DNA from: the human T2T-CHM13v2.0 reference genome, Homo sapiens
Reading direction: 5' to 3' (one strand)
DNA length: 64,000 bases
Assembly: GCF_009914755.1 (NCBI RefSeq)
Contig: NC_060925.1
The notes under the pieces were generated by a model. That model made no database searches. It was not told the DNA's origin and saw only the letters and a list, made by a program, of their open reading frames with translations. Positions 15,621-37,812 of the stretch are shown in pieces; the stretch's first letter is position 1, and each line of letters begins with the position of its first letter. The position numbers and the translations under genes were made by a program.

Positions 15621-17018
15621 GTAGGTGGGCATGTTCAAGAGATAATCAAACTGCTGTTTGGATTCTTGGCCCTCAAACATATTAAAGCTGAGTGTGGTGA
15701 GCAGTGAGGATGTTGGTGCCTCTCAAACTTACCCCCATGTGGGTTAGTATCTGCTGGAGCTCAGCAAGCAGAATCTATTTCAGGTCTGCCCCTTGATGCT
15801 TGAAACCAAGACTTGTCTCTGGGGAATCCCTGATTCTGAGTAGCCAAGTGGCGTAATTGCTCAAGCTATCTGGTGGGATGATCTCTCAAGGTGCAATGCT
15901 AGATAGTACTTACTCTCAGGCAGGTCTGTTTACCAGCTTCCCTGCTACGAGAAGTTGTAATGTAGCACAAGAGACGATGGGGAAGGGCCTAACTGAATCT
16001 CTGGAATGAATCTCTGGAATAAATGTGGAAGGGGTCAGGCAGCTGTTGTCAGTGTACTTGCTCTTCCTCACAGGAGAGTGATATTCTTACTAGAGCTGAT
16101 GCAATCCCATCCCTGTTGGGAAATTTCTGACGGCAGCACTCATTCAGTATTTGTATAGGTGGAGAGGGCTCATCCTTCTTTGGTTCCTAATTCCAGGATT
16201 AGAGGAGAGGGACAGAGTTATCTGGGGATTAGTTGAGAGAGAGAGAGGGAGGTTAGGGCAATTTGAAGGTTTAAGGCTAGAAAAGTTTGTTTTGTGACTG
16301 GATGTATTTAGGGCTTTAACATGATTTTGTTTTGAGGAATATATTGAGGCATGGATGGTGCTGCTGGTGGTGGTGGTAATGGCAGTTTCTGTGAATGTTT
16401 TAAAGGTCAAGGAGCAAGTGAGAATTCAGAGATGTGAACACTGAGATAAGGACTCAGCAAGACCATGGGTAGCACAGCATCTGGCATGTAGGTGTGTGAT
16501 TGTGTGGGTGATTGAAGTTATAATTCACCAATGGCTAAAGAACTTTTACTGGGATGTTGGCCTCTGCAGCAGAAGAAATAAAAACATTAGGACTTCAAAG
16601 TGCAAAATTTATAAAATGAGGTAGGGCACTTTCCTTGCCTAGATGGGGGCCACTGATACTGTACAGGGGCCCTGATGTTTGCAGAGCAGGGATATGGTCT
16701 ACCTACTGGTGCCCTGCCTATCACTAGCAGCATAAGGCTGAGGATAGATACAAATTCTGAGCAATCTGTGCCTAGAATTTCCTCTTTGGGGATACATTTT
16801 CCCCACAGACAGCCCCATCTTAGTGCCCTCTGTTATTAGAGTTTGGAGACTCCCAACAGGTTGAAGAAAAAGTGGCCATTGAAAAAATATCTATTTTATG
16901 GATGGGCAAGAGGTTTCTTGGGCCTCATATAAACATGGATATGTGTGGTGGGGAGTGTGATAGTTGTGTTATGGTAGGAAGGAAGGCAGTGAAACTACTG
17001 GGATATGGGGCGCATGAA

Positions 17019-17451
17019 TGTATTAAGCTATTCTTGCATTGCTATAAATAAATACCTGAGACTGGGTAATTTACAAAGTAAAGAGGTTTAATTGGTATAC
17101 AGTTCTGCAGGCTGTACAGAAAGCATGATGCTGGCATCTGCTCAGCTTCTGAAGAGGCCTGAGGAAACTTACAATCTTGGTGGAAGGCAGAGGAGCAGTA
17201 GGCATGTCACTTGGCTACAGCAGGAACGAGAGGTTGTGGGTGGGATGTGCCACACACTTTTAAATGACCGAATCTCATGAAAACCCACCTACCCTCACGA
17301 GAACAGCACCAAGGGGATGGTGCTAAACCATTCATGAGAAATCCACTTTCATGATTCATGATCCAGTCGTCTCCCACCAGGTCCCACTTCCAGTATTAGG
17401 GATTACAATTCAACATGAGATTTGGTAGGGACACAGATTGAAACCATATCA
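17019..17451. mobile_element. MST-type MaLR solo LTR
   Basis: tgtatta...cttgcattgctataaa...atacctgagactgggtaattta...aaaccatatca. Confidence 0.85.
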
Positions 17452-18935
17452 ACAAGTATTTGGGTTTCATCAGATAAAAAAGAATGTCAAAGTCAACTTT
17501 TATCTTGTAAAAGTTGGAACAGATAGAGTAGTTGGGGGTAAAACCAGCTGTGGAACTGATTGTTGTACAACTGGCATTAAAATTGAAATTGTGTAGTCAT
17601 CATAACATTATAGGACACATGCTTGTAACTGAGTGTGAGATTTTCAGAAATTTGGCATATAAAGTTTTAGGAACTCCTAGTAAAATCAATCCTAGATAAT
17701 AGACCATAGATAGCAATGGCACCTTTGTATGGGCTGGATCTCCACACTGGCAAGGGAATGTTCTGCATGAGTCTGTGAGGAGTCTTAAAGAAAAGATTGT
17801 TAGGAGAAACCTTTGGACCATGATCTGTAGTGTGACCATATTGGCAACAGTATGATTCCTTTGCTGTTCAGTATGATTCAAATTGGTGTGTGGCATTTTC
17901 TGGGTAGCCAACCTCTGCATCTATTCCTTCTACCTTTTCACTGCAGACACAGTCATACTACTTATGTATAGCCAAGGCTGAAAAACTAAGTGACCGAGTC
18001 TCAGCTCAGACACCTGGCATATTTCCAGGTTTTGTGTCCATCATGTGATACAGGGACCACAGACTCACCATCCTATATGACAGATAAGAAGTAACTTATC
18101 AAGATAAGTGTGACATTCCTTCAGAATGAAAGTCCTTAAGGCCAAGAGGCTGCAACTCTCACTGGTCCCTGAAGGAACTGTCTTCAGGGAGCTGCTCCCC
18201 TCCCTAACAGGCTGTTCACAGGCTTGAGGACAGTAGCAGCCAGAGAAACAGAGAGGGCAACGCATACTGAAACCGATAGGCAGGGCAAGAGCATCTCTGC
18301 TAAAGTGGGAAAGCTGGGAGGGCAAGGGTCAGAAGAGCAGCTGCTGCTGTTCACACACCAACTCCTGTCTAAACAGGAGACAGCTGGCAGTCCAATTGAG
18401 TTGTTTTTTGCTTGCTTTTTTGGTGGTGGTTTTGTTTTTAATATGTCAGAGTAGTAACTATCCTCAGAAAATAATTTGAGTTCCAGCCAGACTGTCTCCT
18501 CTGTTGATTAGTCCAGGGCTTGTTGATGAGAGTGAGACCAGGCTATGGATAGACATAAACTTCACCATGGGTTTTGTTGCTTTTTAGGATGGAGAGAAAT
18601 GGGAACTGATTGTGCTTCTTGCTAGTGTAGGGTTTAGATAGTAGAATATACATGATCTGCTTTTCTATTCACCTAGTACAGTTAATACTTCTTTTGTCAA
18701 GAAATAGTTAACACAGAAGCAAGATGACAAGGGTCAGCTGACAAATATGTTTTCAGAATGACAAGTAGACTAGGATTTGGAGCTGGATGGGAACAGGCTA
18801 ATAGCAATCGCTCTTTGATGTCAGACAAAGGCCTTCTTCTCTGGCCCATTTCTTCTCTCAGGACTCCCTATTCCCAGCTGCTTTCAATATCCATACTACT
18901 AATACCTGGCTTATTTCAACAAGGAACATTTTTGA

Positions 18936-22122
<3,187 letters not shown>

Positions 22123-22256
22123 CTCATTTGCTTCTTGAAAGTTTTCAAGGTCTGATGCTTTATCTTTAGTGGGTGATGAGGTCAGCTAGAAACTTGAGGA
22201 CATAATAATCAAGTACTTACTTGCTCAGAACAACTCGTCTCATCCACTGAGAGACT

Positions 22257-22367
22257 TACCAAGTCCAAACTCCTCAGCTGGGATAAGATAAGATACCAAG
22301 TCGAAACTCCTCAGCTGGGATAAAGATAAGATAGATTACCAGTTCCTTTGTAATCTATCTTATCTTT
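22257..22367. repeat. 37-bp tandem duplication followed by a perfect 18-bp inverted repeat
   Basis: taccaagtc(c/g)aaactcctcagctgggata twice; arms 22322-22339 and 22350-22367. Confidence 0.9.
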
Positions 22368-25300
22368 TCTATCGGTTCCCAATTTAAACCTTCTCATTTT
22401 AACAGATCAGTCCCTTAACTACTATTTCTGTTTCACCTTATCTCAGTTTGTTTACATCCACTTTCTACGTGGAATTCCTTTCTTCCTTGGCTTTCACCTG
22501 TTCTGTAACACCCTTCAAGGATGAGTTTATATGGTACTTCTAGAAATCCTCCAGCCCACAGTAATTTTCCATTCTGCTGAGATTCTGTATTGGATATTAC
22601 TATAATTATTGGTCGTTTTTGGCTATAAATTTGTTTAACTATTTCATGTGACCTACCATAGATATGAGATTTTTTTCGTCCAGAAATTAACCTTCAGAAA
22701 AGAGATATTCTCTTTATATTTTACTTCTTATAAAGCATTTCTTGTTATTAGGCTTCCAGGGAGCTTATAGTCAGTTCATGAAAAAGGGTGAATAAATCTA
22801 TGTCACCATCTGCTAGTTCAATCACTATCATTTTTTTGTAGAGATCAACTGACATAATTGATTAAACAAAAAAGAGGAATGAAAAATCTAAGAAAGTTTT
22901 AGTTATTGTTCCTGGGAATATAATCTCCTAATTTGAAGTGTTGAAAGTAATTGTATACAAGCCTTAACATTAAAATTTTTTTTTGAATCACTCACATTGC
23001 ATATGAAACATACACATACATTATGGGGATCACAAATAAACACAGCAGAATGAATGAAAAAAAAAAAACCCTAATCCAGTGTTATGTAACTGGACTCGTG
23101 TGGTTTGAAATGAAATACCCAGAGACAATGTAGATTCAGAAAAGTGCTGTTATTAACTTTAAAATCTTAGAAAAGTAGACAGTATTTTCTAGAAAATTCA
23201 CTAAAAAGATAGCTTTATTGAAGGAAAAAACATTGATGTTAAAGATGCATGTGAAGTTTGAATAATACAGTTTTTTGAAATTACAAAGGCAGAAAATACA
23301 TTAATACTAAATGCTTAAATATACTGCTTAATTTTAAATATGTGTATATGTGTAAATAAATTTCTAAAAGTTTGGGTATTCAGGAGGACTACAGAGCTTC
23401 CCTTCCTGTATTCCTGTTTTACCTTCATACATCTGTTGTTATCTGGGAAAATATTTGGGATAATCATATGTTAGTTATGGCATGTCTCAACTAAGTTCTT
23501 GCAGGCCAAGCATGTCTTCTTTTTTTGTTTTCCACCTTTTTACCTGGCCAACTTCTACTTATTAAAACTCAGCACAGATGTTGTTGTTGCTGAGCAATCC
23601 TCTGGCATTGCTAGTTTGGATTACTTGCTTACCTCTGTCACAACATTGATCTCTTTGTATAGTAAATTGTCTCCCTGATTAAATTGCTTGAACTTGAGGC
23701 CTGAGGCTGTGTTTTTTTATTTTGAGATATCAAGAATTTAAGCACAGCTCCTAGAATATAATGGTTGCTCAAAAAATATTAACAGTATAAGTAAGTGGTG
23801 TGTCTTTTCTTGTTCTTCTCCATGGTGCCAGTCATAGTGCTAAGATGTTGTTCAGTCAATACTTATTGAATTATTAGGAAAACATTCAGCTTCTGGGAAT
23901 ACTTCAGAGAAGCAATTAACCAAGCTTTGGGAAGTGTGAGTTGAAAGGAAATTCAAGTGGAATTTGCATATTCTCAGGCATACTGTTGAGGCTGTTCTCC
24001 CTCTCCAAATGGCTTCCTCCTTAAAAAGCCCAGATGAGGGAGAAAGATCTCTGAAACTAAAGCTGGATTTCTGCATTTGGGAGATTAAGGTAAAAGCTTC
24101 TGCATAGCCCAGAGCACAGTACTGTGCACACATATCATGTGTGAGTATACAGAAAGAGATTGATGAAAGCCAAATTTAATTACTGAGATGGTTGTGATGA
24201 TAATCCCATTTTTCTCATCCAGTTTCCAGTCTAGGTAATGGCCCTAATCCAAACAGGTATTTTATTTTTCTTTCCCTTAGGGATCCAAACATCTATCTCA
24301 TTACAACTATGTTTAAAATCTGAAGTAAAGCTGTTCATTGAAGTAGTTTTAGTGCAATATACAGAAATACTAAGAAATGAGAGATGTTATTAGAAAGATT
24401 ATGGCTGTAATGAACATACAATATCAATTAACTAACTGGAATTTCATTTTTGGGTGAAGAACCCAAATACTCAGATTTTGTTTTGCTTATTCAAGTTCTG
24501 TCTTGTTTTACATCAACAAATCTATTTCCTGTTCCCAATAATGTTTTACTTTAATATGTACGTGAAGCAGCTACAGTGAAGGCAGTGGGATATATCAATG
24601 TTGCATTTAGCCAGTGAAATAGGTAGCTAGAAATGTTAAGGGGAACTGAAATAGAATTGGTACTAGGAAGAAGCTGTTTATAGGAAGAGCCGTGATCCAT
24701 TATTGTGTCCTTGGCTCTGCAGCTCCATAGCTTCTCTCCCCACTACCGCCCCTCCCCCAGCCCCAGGTAGATCTGGAGTTGATTAATAGTTTTAGTAAAC
24801 TGACTCACACTGATCACATTTGCTTGAGATTGGTCGATGTGAATTTGTTAATTTACAAAATAAATTTTAACTGCCAAGTGATTCAAGAATTTGAATTGGC
24901 CACTTACTGCTTTTGTTGCTTTAGAATATCTATATGGGAAGCAAATAATAATCTGAAGGTTGTCAGGTGAACATGCAGTCAGAGCAGAGAGGTGGTGAGT
25001 AGAGGAATGATTTGTAGGATGGGCTTATTAGCTGGCATCATCAAAGTAGAATAGTCTGATTTCTTCTGTAGAAATGTACCTGTCAAGGGCATAAGATCCT
25101 ATGTCCCTTGAATCTGCTGGGTAGGGTACAGTTTCACCTTCACAGGCATGGAGGCAGTACTTCCTGGCTTCCCTTTTCTGTACTCAATGCAAGCTTCCCA
25201 TACTCTTCTATTCTCACGGTCTTTCTTCAGACATCTTAGTAATATTTAGTAGCCTGCAGCTTTCTTTTATTCTAAATATAGTGTTAAAGTTCCTGGCCCT

Positions 25301-25965
25301 TTTTTTTTTCCAATTTTAAAATATCATCTGATATTTAATCTCATCTATTATGAGTTTGTAAATTCAGACACTTGGAGATGACTTATTATTGACTTCTCCC
25401 TTGTATTGATCACAAGGGAAGCTACTACTTTCATGGTACTGCACCTGATAGAGACGACTAAGAGACAGGATGTTCTATTGACATGCCGGTGTTTTCTCTG
25501 CCCCAACACCCAGACCAAAAATTGTGTTGGGTATGCTGTCTTATTATTATGGGAAGGGAATACATGTACCCTCGGCACTATCTACATCATCTTATTTAAT
25601 CCTTATAATGATCCTTTGAGAAAGTTATTATCCTATTTTAAATATGGGGAAAATTGGGCCAGGAGGCTTACATGGTTTGCCTGAGGTCACATTTCTAGTA
25701 AATGCCTTCTTTCAAACACATATCTGTCTGAATGAAAGGCTTAACATTTTTCCTTGTTAACAAGGATTGTTTTTATACTTTTTATTATAAAAATAAAGTG
25801 TGGTCATTACTCGAAGTCTGAAAAAAAGAAGAGTAGCAAGAAAAACTAAAGTCATTCATAGTCCCACTCCAGAGGAGACAAATATAAACTTGTTTACTTT
25901 ACACAGTGCTTTGAATTAGCTAAGTAACCTGTCTACAGATTCTAGGTGGGCTTTATGCCAGAATA

Positions 25966-27554
<1,589 letters not shown>

Positions 27555-28108
27555 TGTGAAATTTTCTAAAGCATAACTTTTTAGGTGCTACAAAGAATTC
27601 TATTCTGCTATAATTGTGCTATGATTTATAACCAGTCAACCCCTCATTAGAATTTAAGCTTTTTATAACTTTTTGCTAAGTCATGTTTATTATGCTTTGA
27701 TAAATATTCATGCATAAAATTATTTGTTTATATTTCTGATGACTTCCTATCAAGTTGTATGTATGTTTTAAGACTTGATTCAAAACTGACATCCAGAGAA
27801 GTTATGCCATTTTATACTCTCACTAGTGGCGGTGTATGATGATACCCAGTTGTAGATCTTCTCTCCAATCGTGAATAATATCATTAAAAACAAACATTTC
27901 CTAGTTTGATAGGTGAAAAATTACCTCTCATGGTTTTAATTTGCATTTATTTGACTAGCAAGAGGGGGAATATATGTTGGAATAGTCCTCTAAAGTGCTT
28001 CCAGCCTTGGACCTTCGTTTTACTAAGAGCCATAATGTATGGAGAAGAGAAGGCTAAAAGACTTTGTCTTATTTATAATGAATTATTCTGTGTCCCATCT
28101 TTTGGCAG

Positions 28109-28275
28109 ATCTCTGACATCTACATTAGTGGAGAATCAGGGGATATGTCAGCCAAGGAGAAACTACTCCTGTGGACCCAGAAGGTGACAGCTGGTTACAC
28201 AGGAATCAAATGCACCAACTTTTCCTCCTGCTGGAGTGATGGGAAGATGTTCAATGCACTCATTCACCGATACCG
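28109..28275 (+). CDS. MACF1: MACF1 exon, CH2 start ([24 protein letters not shown]...FNALIHRYR)
   Basis: ggcag / gtaaga, 167 nt, phase 0/2. Confidence 0.96.
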
Positions 28276-29089
28276 GTAAGAACAGTGGAATTTCTGTGCT
28301 CCTGCAGGGCTTTTTCTCATCTCTTGTTTGTAATTAGTTATAATACTGTTTCCATCTCCTCAATCAAAAATCAAAGCTTTGATTCATTTGTTCATTTGAA
28401 AAAGAAACATTTATTTAACTACTTTTCTAGGAACTGGGTACAAGTAGCAGTGAAGAAAACAGCGAAAGTTCTTGCTCTCATGGAACTTATCTTTCAGTAG
28501 GGAGAATAGGTAATAAATGTATGCCATCAAGCAGTGGTAAATGCAATGGCAGGATTAGAAAGTGGCAGAGGTTTGTGGTACTTTGGACAGGGTGGTCAGA
28601 GATGGCCTTTTTGGTGAGCGTGTTAAAGCAGAGCCATGAGGGAGTGAGTCATCCAGGCTTCTGGGGTCAGAGTGTTCCAGTCGGAAGAAATACAAATGCA
28701 AAGGGCCTGGAGTGAGGGCTTGCTTAGAGTGGTTTAGGGACAGCAGGTGGCTGAAGTGAGGTGAGGAAGATAGGAATTCTGAATGACAAAAATAAAAATT
28801 GTTGAGTTCTTAGTGGTCATAAACATGCCCCAATTTTCAGTTCTAACCGACGATATTTTTCCCATGACATTCAACAAACCTAAACTGTATGTTTAAGTTT
28901 AGCATTAGGGAGCACTGGGCCCCTGGTGTATACTTAAAAATGGAATTTGTACTCTTCTAAACCTCCTGCTTTTTCTCTAACTCACTTAGTGTTTTTCAGC
29001 TCTGGGAACTTTCAGGAGGTTTTCTTTGTGTAAACTCATGTGTGATGTGTAGATGGTGGCGTTTCATGTGCCTTGCTGGACTTTTACAG

Positions 29090-29202
29090 ACCCGATCTAG
29101 TAGACATGGAGAGGGTGCAAATCCAAAGTAACCGAGAGAATCTGGAACAAGCTTTTGAAGTGGCAGAAAGACTGGGGGTCACTCGCCTGCTGGATGCAGA
29201 AG
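29090..29202 (+). CDS. MACF1: MACF1 exon, CH2 (PDLVDMERV...LGVTRLLDAE)
   Basis: ttacag / gtgaga, 113 nt. Confidence 0.96.
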
Positions 29203-29309
29203 GTGAGAGGGAGTTTACTGAACTTGAGTAAGGAACACGTATTCAGTATTCCTTCTTCTGGCAAGTTCCTTTGTTCTGACTAAGAAATTTCTTGTCCATT
29301 CTCTCTCAG

Positions 29310-29416
29310 ATGTGGATGTGCCATCTCCAGATGAAAAGTCTGTAATCACTTATGTGTCTTCGATTTATGATGCCTTCCCTAAAGTTCCTGAGGGTGGAGA
29401 AGGGATCAGTGCTACG
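29310..29416 (+). CDS. MACF1: MACF1 exon, CH2 end ([36 protein letters not shown])
   Basis: ctcag / gtaaaa, 107 nt. Confidence 0.96.
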
Positions 29417-29966
29417 GTAAAAGAACATTTTCCTAGAAGGCCTTCTGACTTTGATTCATTTGGGTGAAATGCATTGGTTAGACACTTTCTTAAGCACTTA
29501 TGGTATACTCATGGTATCAAACTATATATCCAGTATCTTTATCATACATGGACATTATCCTTGGCCCTGGAAATGAGTCTAGATATTGCTAATTTTGTAA
29601 CAATTAGCATAGACTATTTGGTGCTAAATGCCAGCAAAGAATGTCTCTTTCATCCCCAGCTGTAATTCAAGATGAGGAAGTGTTTTATCAGTCACTTATG
29701 TATCAGCTTGATTAGGTAGATCATGGCTCTTTTCAGAATATTTTTAGTAGCTTGGTTTGTAGCCTTTCTTAGTGTCAGGAAATTGAACCCCATCCTGAGA
29801 GCCCTTGAGGAGCTTTGAAGCTAGTACTGTGAGCATTAAACTGAGCAGCATCTAGGCAATTAAAGGAAATGGATTTTATATAGTTTGGAGTGGCCTGAGC
29901 TACTTTCTCTTGTGCTTGTTTTGGATATTGCTAATCAGGTGTGTGATGTTTACCTTCTGGCAATAG

Positions 29967-30086
29967 GAAGTGGACTCCAGGTGGCAAGAATACCAAAGCC
30001 GAGTGGACTCCCTCATTCCCTGGATCAAACAGCATACAATACTGATGTCAGATAAAACTTTTCCCCAAAACCCTGTTGAACTAAAG
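29967..30086 (+). CDS. MACF1: MACF1 exon, plakin domain (EVDSRWQEY...PQNPVELK)
   Basis: aatag / gtaaag, 120 nt. Confidence 0.94.
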
Positions 30087-30233
30087 GTAAAGTCAAGGAC
30101 TTAAATTTTTTTGGTAAAATCTTTCTAGGGAGTAAGTCTCCAAGCTTATCACTGCTGGCTTCTAGGTGAGGTGGTATGAAAAATTGGGTCCTATAGTTTG
30201 TGTCCATTTATTCACCAAATATTAATTTTATAG

Positions 30234-30329
30234 GCACTTTATAACCAATATATACACTTCAAAGAAACAGAAATTCTGGCCAAGGAGAGAGAAAAAGGAA
30301 GAATTGAGGAATTATATAAATTACTAGAG
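30234..30329 (+). CDS. MACF1: MACF1 exon ([14 protein letters not shown]...LYKLLE)
   Basis: tatag / gtaagt, 96 nt. Confidence 0.95.
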
Positions 30330-30983
30330 GTAAGTGAGCTTATCCTTTGCTGAGACTTGGGGTTTGCTGGTCTGTACTGTTGTTGCTTCTTGATTATAGA
30401 TTCCTTGTATTCTTTTCCCAAACTGCATTAATAGAAGTACTCTCCTGGTGACAAATAATAGCACCACTCTCAGGCTGGTCTTAAAATGTTGTGGTAAAGG
30501 GGCAATGTCAGCCATCTCTGTTTTTTAAAGGGCTTATTGAAAAATGACATGTATTTATTCAGAAATCTTGAGTTTTGTGGACAAATTTTTCTGCTTCTCA
30601 GAGGGAAGCTAAATCTTTCCCTAGGGTGGAAAGAAGAGAGACTTCTATTCAGAATTTGATTCCCAGAGAATTTGAAGTTGTAGAAATGAGAATTTAACCT
30701 TGCCAGAATAAAAGTTATTGAGGGGAAAGGAGGATTTATAGAAAGTGTAAAAGGAATGGAATGACTTAGAGTAGGTAGTCCCTACATTCTAGAGGTGACT
30801 TTTCTGCTCTTTAACTCAAGGGTGAAGAACCTGATACATATTTGATTGTTTTTCCATGTTAGACAATAGGAAAAACTGCTGAATGGCTGGGTAAAGAAGC
30901 AAGAAGTGATGTGCAAATAATAAATCAAAACTGGGACAAGAGGGCATGGCTGTGTTTTTGGACTGAAAGAGTATCTGTTTCAG

Positions 30984-31111
30984 GTGTGGATTGAATTTGG
31001 CCGAATTAAACTGCCTCAAGGTTATCACCCTAATGATGTGGAAGAAGAGTGGGGAAAGCTCATCATAGAGATGCTGGAACGAGAGAAATCACTTCGGCCG
31101 GCTGTGGAGAG
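30984..31111 (+). CDS. MACF1: MACF1 exon ([23 protein letters not shown]...AVER)
   Basis: tttcag / gtgggt, 128 nt. Confidence 0.95.
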
Positions 31112-31197
31112 GTGGGTCCAGATCCTGAGAGTGGTCTGACATTATTTATTGAGCTGCTGTGAACCTTGCACATGACTATGGTTTTATCTTATTTCAG

Positions 31198-31291
31198 GCT
31201 GGAATTGCTGCTACAGATTGCAAACAAAATCCAGAATGGTGCTTTGAACTGTGAAGAAAAACTGACACTAGCTAAGAATACACTGCAGGCT
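31198..31291 (+). CDS. MACF1: MACF1 exon (LELLLQIANKIQ...NTLQA)
   Basis: tttcag / gtaagt, 94 nt, after an 86-nt intron. Confidence 0.95.
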
Positions 31292-31504
31292 GTAAGTCTC
31301 TGACTGTTTTGTCCAACATCTGTGTCACATGTTTCCTGCTTCTCACCCTCTGCTCTAATTGTTGAAGTTAGCAATCGAGGAATCCAGATGTATTATTTCC
31401 CTTTTTTTTTTTTTTTGGAATTGCAGTAGACTTCTTGGCTCCCTCTGTCCTAGTGAGTGGGGCAATGGAAGTTTTCCCACTGTTATTCTCTCTTCCTGTC
31501 TCAG

Positions 31505-31659
31505 GATGCTGCTCACCTGGAATCAGGACAACCGGTACAATGTGAGTCAGATGTCATTATGTACATTCAGGAGTGTGAAGGTCTCATCAGGCAGCTGCAG
31601 GTGGATCTCCAGATCCTGCGGGATGAGAATTACTACCAGCTAGAAGAGCTGGCTTTTAG
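31505..31659 (+). CDS. MACF1: MACF1 exon (DAAHLESGQ...EELAFR)
   Basis: ctcag / gtgagg, 155 nt. Confidence 0.95.
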
Positions 31660-31902
31660 GTGAGGAACAAGGGACTCAAATGGAGGGCTTGCTTGCTTAC
31701 TGCTGAGGCTCATGGATCAAGAGTAGAGCAAGAGTCAGGCACTTAATCTTTTAACCTGGACATTTGAGGTCAGTGTCTCAATGGGGATACTACAGGTCTC
31801 TTGGGCAGGAATGTTTTGTCAGTAGAGGACAGTTTCCCCTTATTGCAGCTCCATCCCACTAAGTACCTATAGGATTACTTCAATCATTGTGGCCTTTTGT
31901 AA

Positions 31903-33113
<1,211 letters not shown>

Positions 33114-33186
33114 TAAGGAAGATTTTATTTTTAAAAACTATACTATAGATTTAAATCCTTTCCTTTTTTCTCTTCTTCCATTTCAG

Positions 33187-33463
33187 GGTCATGCGTCTTC
33201 AGGATGAGCTGGTCACCTTGCGTCTAGAGTGTACAAACCTGTACCGGAAGGGTCATTTCACTTCACTTGAATTGGTTCCACCCTCTACTTTAACCACCAC
33301 TCATCTGAAAGCAGAACCCTTAACCAAGGCAACCCATTCTTCTTCTACCTCCTGGTTCCGAAAGCCTATGACTCGGGCTGAACTTGTGGCCATCAGCTCC
33401 TCTGAAGATGAAGGCAATCTCCGATTTGTGTATGAACTACTGTCTTGGGTAGAAGAGATGCAG
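33187..33463 (+). CDS. MACF1: MACF1 exon with Ser/Thr-rich linker (VMRLQDELVTLR...LLSWVEEMQ)
   Basis: tttcag / gtgggt, 277 nt. Confidence 0.95.
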
Positions 33464-33914
33464 GTGGGTGCATATCCAAAAGCTTATGCAGTACACTGAT
33501 GTTTACTGGATCTGGAAGCTTATCTAAGAGGACCAAATTGCTTTGTGTTCCCTGTGCAGATTCCCTTAATTATTATTATTCTTTTATTTGAGTGATGGGG
33601 TCTTGCTATGTTGCCCAGGCTGGACTGGAACTCCTGGGCTGAAGTGATCCTCCTGCCTCAGTCTCTTGAGTAGCTGGGACAATAGGTATATGCCACCATA
33701 CCTGGCTTGACTTTCTTAATTATTGATGCTGCCTGAGACCCAAGCCCCCTTCTCCTTAAATCTTGCATGGATGAGGTTGGCACAAATTCTCACAGTCCCG
33801 TACTGAATAGCATACAGTTTTCTCATTTGAAACCCTTTGGAATCTTTTCCCTCAGCTAACTGTACTCTGAGTGAGAGCTTGGTGAAAATTGCAATGTCTT
33901 TACATCTGTTATCT

Positions 33915-36490
<2,576 letters not shown>

Positions 36491-36569
36491 TAGGGTAAAT
36501 CTGTTTTTTTTTTTTTTATTCTCTCATTGACAGAGGAGTTTATTCTTCATTTTTCATTGTTGATGTAAC

Positions 36570-37183
<614 letters not shown>

Positions 37184-37812
37184 TAACTCTTAAGTTTAAG
37201 CAAGGCTACTGTATTCCGCAGTTCCAAGGGGCACTATTTACATGTGTTCAATGATAGTGGTTCAAATTTGATATTGCCCTTATCTTTCTAACCCTTTTGT
37301 TTTATATTAAATTCTTCCTATGTCTGCATAATATATTCCCCATGTAACAATAAATAAAAATATCCCAAAGTAACCTGTTTTAAAATTATCTTCCATTGGC
37401 CAGTAGTTGATGTCATGAAATGAAGCTAAATATTTTCAGATACTTCTTTGTTATATCAGTTATGATTGTGAAATGAAAAGACTCCATAAAGAGAAATGCC
37501 TAAACTGTAAAGTTAAGCATTTTAAGCCTGTGAAGTTCCCTTTCCCTTTTGGTTGATTACTCCAGGAATGTATACTAATAATGCAGCAGCAAAAGGCTGC
37601 TCTGTTGTATAATTGGTGGGCTCTGTTCTCCTGCTTCTTAGCGGTGATGATGGCGTAATTTTTGTGTAAGAGGCTGTAGATTGAAGGAGATGGCCTGGAT
37701 GTCCTTTTGCTCAGTCCTCTACCCCTTGGTTCCTTGTCCTAACATTGGTTCTGACCATTTTCCTACCAAGCCAGCAGTAAATTATGTCATATATATATTT
37801 TTTCTTTTTCAG

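Noticed and set aside
15693-15707. C-terminal CGEQ* of the read-through ORF as a CaaX box
   Set aside because: Gly-Glu at a1/a2 is a poor prenylation substrate, and the read-through product itself is unproven
15994-16019. 13-bp tandem duplication tgaatctctggaa
   Set aside because: Ordinary slippage duplication with no further structure
22257-22335. Direct repeats as a CRISPR-like array
   Set aside because: Only two adjacent copies, no spacer, no cas genes, human intron
31427-31452. Apparent microexon ending at a gtgagt donor (31453)
   Set aside because: The downstream intron would be only 52 nt and the exon length is not a multiple of 3
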